In this document: positions 5,232 to 8,767 of the stretch, in pieces | How the letters are laid out: every line of letters starts with the position of its first letter | Numbering within the stretch: the stretch's first letter is position 1 | Assembly: GCA_947624115.1 (NCBI GenBank) | Contig: CANQIS010000072.1 | Span: 1 to 8,767, forward strand | Origin: an uncultured Bacilli bacterium | GTDB taxonomy: Bacteria; Bacillota_I; Bacilli_A; RF39; UBA660 | Length of the DNA stretch: 8,767 nt | Direction of reading: 5' to 3' | Notes under the pieces: model-generated | What the model saw: the letters and a program-made list of their open reading frames with translations, nothing else | Databases searched by the model: none | What the model was told of the DNA's origin: nothing | Made by a program: the position numbers and the translations under genes

Positions 5232-6373
5232 ATAATAGGTTTATTTGTATATTCCATATTGATAATTTTATTTTTTTGTTCATCATTATATATGCTTGCG
5301 TATATAGCGTTAACTCTAAATTCTAAATCTAGGTATTGTTTTCCTTTTGAGTAGTTACTAATAATAGGAATATTTATGGATTTTTTTATATTTTTTAAAT
5401 ATTTTGCTCCTAATTCATCAAATCCTAAAATTCTAATATAGATTATGTTTTGATATTGTATAGCTTCTTCTTTAGTAAAGCCACATAATATATGAATTAA
5501 CATACGCTTTATTTTGTTATAGGTATATCTTTTTGTTTTTATTTTGTTAATTAAATCTTCAACATTTATACAATTGTAAATATATTTTTTTATTCGATTT
5601 TCAATTCCTTCATCGACGGTTTGATATTTATCTAAGTTGTTTATTTCGGATATTATTTTGTATTTTATAAAGTTAAAAAAACTTTCGATATCGGATTTAT
5701 CGTTAATATATTTTAGTGATATATCTGGTACAAATGTGGTAATGTCAATATGATTTTTCATGGCTTCTCTAATACTAGTAGCACTAGTAATTTTTTTATT
5801 TAATTTTTTTGAATGGTATTTATTTGTTCTTTTAATAGTAATGGCTTCAATATTACTATTTTGTTTTTTTATTTCTTTAACATAACTTAGACCTAGAAGA
5901 TCATTAGGATCTTTAATCGTTTGTCCACATATATCTTTGAGAGCTTTTGATAATGCGGTAGGATAGTTGATACCTTGTTCTAAATAATTTTTTACAATTA
6001 ATTGATATTCGTCATTATGTATTTGAATATCTGCCATTTTATTTAAAAGTTCTATGTTGTTACATTCGCTACCAAAAACGATTTTTTCAACTTGCAGTTC
6101 TGTTAGTATTTTAATAGCTCCATGAGCAAAGATATCAGCTGATTGGGTAGCAAAATGAAATGGTAATTCAATAACTAGGTTAATGCCATATTTTAATGCG
6201 ATTTTAGTTTTGTTCCATTTATTGATTAGACTAACATCACCACGCTGTAAGAAGTTTCCACTCATTACTAGTATAATTAAATAATTAGGATATAATTTTT
6301 TTATTTTTTGTATATGATATATATGACCATTATGAAATGGATTGTATTCACAAATAATTCCAACTGCTTTCAT
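5216..6373 (-). CDS. tmcAL: tRNA(Met) cytidine acetate ligase (TmcAL; YlbM/UPF0348 nucleotidyltransferase family)
   Basis: The N-terminus MKAVGIICEYNPFHNGHIYHIQKIK...VMSGNFLQRGD...NKWNKTKIALKYGINLVIELPF closely matches the B. subtilis YlbM/TmcAL pattern (EYNPFHNGH, MSG-F-QRG). SD AGGTGA (rc of 6378-6383). It sits next to ylbN-rpmF as in Bacillus. Confidence 0.88.
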   Translation of the reverse strand: MKAVGIICEYNPFHNGHIYHIQKIKKLYPNYLIILVMSGNFLQRGDVSLINKWNKTKIALKYGINLVIELPFHFATQSADIFAHGAIKILTELQVEKIVFGSECNNIELLNKMADIQIHNDEYQLIVKNYLEQGINYPTALSKALKDICGQTIKDPNDLLGLSYVKEIKKQNSNIEAITIKRTNKYHSKKLNKKITSATSIREAMKNHIDITTFVPDISLKYINDKSDIESFFNFIKYKIISEINNLDKYQTVDEGIENRIKKYIYNCINVEDLINKIKTKRYTYNKIKRMLIHILCGFTKEEAIQYQNIIYIRILGFDELGAKYLKNIKKSINIPIISNYSKGKQYLDLEFRVNAIYASIYNDEQKNKIINMEYTNKPIIKRIE

Positions 6374-6390
6374 TTTTTCACCTATTTATA

Positions 6391-6419
6391 ATATTAGCAT
6401 ACTTAAAAAGCTTAATCAA
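6391..6419 (-). promoter_or_regulatory. Candidate promoter of tmcAL
   Basis: On the minus strand: TTGATT (rc of 6414-6419), 17-nt spacer, TAATAT (rc of 6391-6396). Confidence 0.45.
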
Positions 6420-6421
6420 GG

Positions 6422-6450
6422 TTGATTAATTTATAATTTTGGCGTATAAT
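6422..6450 (+). promoter_or_regulatory. Near-consensus sigma-A promoter of the yceD-rpmF operon
   Basis: TTGATT (6422-6427), 17-nt spacer, TATAAT (6445-6450). It lies about 34 nt upstream of the yceD ATG. Confidence 0.65.
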
Positions 6451-6483
6451 ATTTAATATATTATTTTTGTGGGGAGGCAGTTA

Positions 6484-6978
6484 ATGAAGATTGATATAAC
6501 TAAATTAAAAAATTCAATTGAAAAACAAATTGAAATCTCAGAAAAAATAGTTTTTAATGATGATGATATTAAGTCTGCAGATATGTTGTCACTTGAACCG
6601 GTATTAGTTAAAGGAATTATCAAGAAAAATAGTTTTGACAATTATAATGTTATTTTAAATATTACTGGTAAAATGGTATTACCTTGCGCTATTACTTTAA
6701 AACCAGTTGATTATCCATTTAATATTTCTATTGATGAAATTTTTTCTGAAAATGCTGAAGAAATGTCAAAAAAAATTAAAAATTGTGAAAATTCTATTGA
6801 TATTTTACCAATTGTATGGGAAAATATATTAATGGAAATTCCCATGAAAGTTGTTAGTCCAGATGCATCTTATGAGAAATTAGAGGGCGAAGGCTGGAAA
6901 ATTGTAACAGAGGATTGTGAAAGTATTAATCCTGAGTTAGCAAAATTAAAAGATTTGTTAGATAAGAAAGAGGTGTAA
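6484..6978 (+). CDS. yceD: YceD/YlbN family protein (DUF177; large-subunit rRNA accumulation protein)
   Basis: An acidic protein of about 165 aa immediately upstream of rpmF and translationally close to it (stop at 6976-6978, rpmF ATG at 6982). This is the conserved yceD-rpmF arrangement. The start is placed at ATG 6484, 6 nt after SD GGGGAGG (6471-6477). The ORF-track GTG at 6469 overlaps the SD itself. Confidence 0.8.
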   Translation: MKIDITKLKNSIEKQIEISEKIVFNDDDIKSADMLSLEPVLVKGIIKKNSFDNYNVILNITGKMVLPCAITLKPVDYPFNISIDEIFSENAEEMSKKIKNCENSIDILPIVWENILMEIPMKVVSPDASYEKLEGEGWKIVTEDCESINPELAKLKDLLDKKEV

Positions 6979-6981
6979 ATA

Positions 6982-7164
6982 ATGGCTGTACCATTTAGAA
7001 AAGTAAGTAAGACACGTGGAAGAAAACGTCGTACACATTACAAGATTGTAGAAAATGCAACAGTTAAGTGTCCAAAATGTGGTGAGGCAGTAAGACCACA
7101 TAGAGTTTGTCCAAATTGTGGAACATACAAAAATAAAGAAGTAGTAAAAACAACTGAAGAATAG
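6982..7164 (+). CDS. rpmF: 50S ribosomal protein L32 (zinc-ribbon C+ form)
   Basis: [21 protein letters not shown]...[20 protein letters not shown]. This shows the L32 N-terminal signature and a CxxC-x9-CxxC motif. SD AAGAGGTG lies upstream. Confidence 0.95.
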   Translation: MAVPFRKVSKTRGRKRRTHYKIVENATVKCPKCGEAVRPHRVCPNCGTYKNKEVVKTTEE

Positions 7165-7174
7165 TTGTTTTTTT
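7146..7174 (+). terminator. Putative rho-independent terminator of yceD-rpmF
   Basis: AAAAACAACT (7146-7155) pairs with AGTTGTTTTT (7163-7172), with loop GAAGAAT, and is followed by further T residues. It overlaps the rpmF stop codon. The stem is AT-rich. Confidence 0.45.
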
Positions 7175-7270
7175 ATATATTAGGAATTTTCTTCTAAAAA
7201 ATGTTAAACGCTATCTAAAATTTCTTTACTTTTTTTTTATTTGATTGTATACTTAAAATAGGGTGATGAT

Positions 7271-7663
7271 ATGAAAAAAAATGGTTTTACATTAGCAGAA
7301 TTATTAGGAGTAATTGTTATTTTAGCAGCAATAGCATTGGTGGCTTTTCCACCAATAATTAATCAATTACGTAAATCGCGTTCTGAGTTGGATTCAGCTT
7401 TGAATAATATAATACAGACTGCTACTGATTTGTATTTGGAAGAACGAAATTTGCCTAAAACAGGAGAGTATTGCATTAATGTTAATGTTTTAATAAAAGA
7501 TGGTAAATTGGTTTCACCTGTTTCTGATTCTCATGGTAATGTAGTTGATAATTATACTTTTTATATTAATTATGAAAAAGGTGAACAAGAATTAGAGGCT
7601 GATACTGATAACCTTTGTACAGTTAAACATCTTGTACCTAAAAAGAATAATATAATGAATTAG
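7271..7663 (+). CDS. Prepilin-type N-terminal cleavage/methylation domain protein (ComGC/type IV pseudopilin-like), orphan
   Basis: MKKNG|FTLAELLGVIVILAAIALVAFPPII shows the class III signal peptide: a short basic leader, G-F-T-L-x-E with Glu at +5, and a hydrophobic helix. The protein is 130 aa with two Cys residues (YCINV, NLCTV). No other pilus or competence genes are in the window. Confidence 0.8.
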   Translation: MKKNGFTLAELLGVIVILAAIALVAFPPIINQLRKSRSELDSALNNIIQTATDLYLEERNLPKTGEYCINVNVLIKDGKLVSPVSDSHGNVVDNYTFYINYEKGEQELEADTDNLCTVKHLVPKKNNIMN

Positions 7664-8767
7664 TTATTTTTCTTTGGATATATTTAATACGAGTCCAATC
7701 ATAATCATAAATAGAATTAGGCTTGAACCACCATAACTTATGAATGGGAGGGTAATTCCTGTAATTGGCATAATACCAAAAGTCATACCAATATTTTGAA
7801 ATTGTTGAAATATTAGCATGCCAACTATACCAGCAATAAAATATTTGTTGGTTTTTTGTTTTGTTTTTTTTGCTATAAAAATTAATTTTATATCGAATAG
7901 AATAATTAGGAAAATTAGTATAATTGAGCCAATAAATCCAAAACTACTGGCATATACGGCGAAAATAAAATCGGTTTGGGCTTCTGGAAAGTAAAGTGGA
8001 ACTTTTTTAATGCCTTTACCAAATATTCCACCACTACCGATGGAAACTAGACTTTTTTCTAGTTGGTAACCGTCTTTATTTGACCAATCAAGTAAACGGT
8101 TAATACGTAGGAAGAAATTGTCTCCTAGTATTTTTTGAAATAGGTTTAGATTTAAAAAGTATAATCCAATAATTGTTAGTATAATGCTGATAATTATTAA
8201 TAATGCTAGGATAAACCATCTTATTCTAATTCCACCAATTAGTAACATAATCAAGGCAATTAGAATATAGATAAGAACATTTCCTGTATCTGGTTCTAAA
8301 AAAGTAAAGATACTTGGTAGTAGAATAATTAGGAATATTTTAAATAAAAATTTAAATTCTTCTAAATTAGATGTTAGTTGTTTTTTATTGAAGTTGTCAA
8401 TTTGTTTAGCAAGGAGAATAATTAAGATTATTTTCATTAATTCACTTGGTTGAAATGTTCCTAAGCCATAAATTTGAAACCAACATTTAGCTCCATTGAT
8501 AGGTTTTCCAATGAATAGTAGTAATAATAGTAAAAAATTGCCAATAGTATATATAATCCAAATATGTTCATAAATCCAATTAATATTTATTTTTATAATA
8601 CAAGTTATAGTAATAAATCCAAGAATATACCATAGTGTTTGTTTTATATATATTTTTTGCATATATTCTGGTAGAATATTTTGAGCACTAAAAATGGTTA
8701 TAATGCTGATAATTGATAATATTATCAATAAAGTTAATAATTGTTTATCACATTTGTTTTTAACCAT
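7664..8767 (-). CDS. SEDS-family peptidoglycan glycosyltransferase (RodA/FtsW/SpoVE family)
   Basis: A polytopic membrane protein with FQPSELMKI and the C-terminal GIMPITGITLPFISYGGSSLI motif typical of FtsW/RodA. The ATG sits exactly at the window edge (8765-8767), so the true start could be further upstream. The 367-aa length fits the family. Confidence 0.88.
   Translation of the reverse strand: MVKNKCDKQLLTLLIILSIISIITIFSAQNILPEYMQKIYIKQTLWYILGFITITCIIKININWIYEHIWIIYTIGNFLLLLLLFIGKPINGAKCWFQIYGLGTFQPSELMKIILIILLAKQIDNFNKKQLTSNLEEFKFLFKIFLIILLPSIFTFLEPDTGNVLIYILIALIMLLIGGIRIRWFILALLIIISIILTIIGLYFLNLNLFQKILGDNFFLRINRLLDWSNKDGYQLEKSLVSIGSGGIFGKGIKKVPLYFPEAQTDFIFAVYASSFGFIGSIILIFLIILFDIKLIFIAKKTKQKTNKYFIAGIVGMLIFQQFQNIGMTFGIMPITGITLPFISYGGSSLILFMIMIGLVLNISKEK

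Noticed and set aside
6453-6641. 62-aa minus-strand ORF overlapping the yceD start
   Set aside because: It is antisense to a conserved gene, and its start sits inside yceD coding sequence with no SD. It is judged spurious.

Overview
AT-rich (about 25% GC by eye) chromosomal segment from a low-GC Gram-positive (Bacillota-like) organism. The ylbM(tmcAL)/ylbN(yceD)/rpmF neighbourhood resembles Bacillus. The left ~3.8 kb is accessory or mobile. It holds the 3' end of an IS200/IS605-family tnpB with its right end and putative omega-RNA region (1-340). Next is a secreted, probably sortase-anchored protein built from four dockerin modules by a 408-bp in-frame tandem duplication (609-1979). Then comes a gutted second copy of the same IS, with a tnpB N-terminal stub plus right end (~2162-2352). 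Last is a compact retron: an extended -10 promoter, a ~160-nt msr/msd-type ncRNA (2453-2610) and an intact 321-aa retron-type reverse transcriptase (2623-3588). No recognisable effector gene sits next to the retron. The right ~4.9 kb is housekeeping: murC, tmcAL, yceD-rpmF, an orphan prepilin-type pseudopilin and a SEDS (RodA/FtsW) gene that reaches the window edge. The two observations most worth follow-up are the effector-less retron wedged between IS605 debris and murC, and the colinear sequence blocks shared by the retron msr 5' region and the TnpB RE/omega-RNA region. No CRISPR array, tRNA or rRNA was seen. All structure and motif calls were made by eye; no folding or database search was possible.
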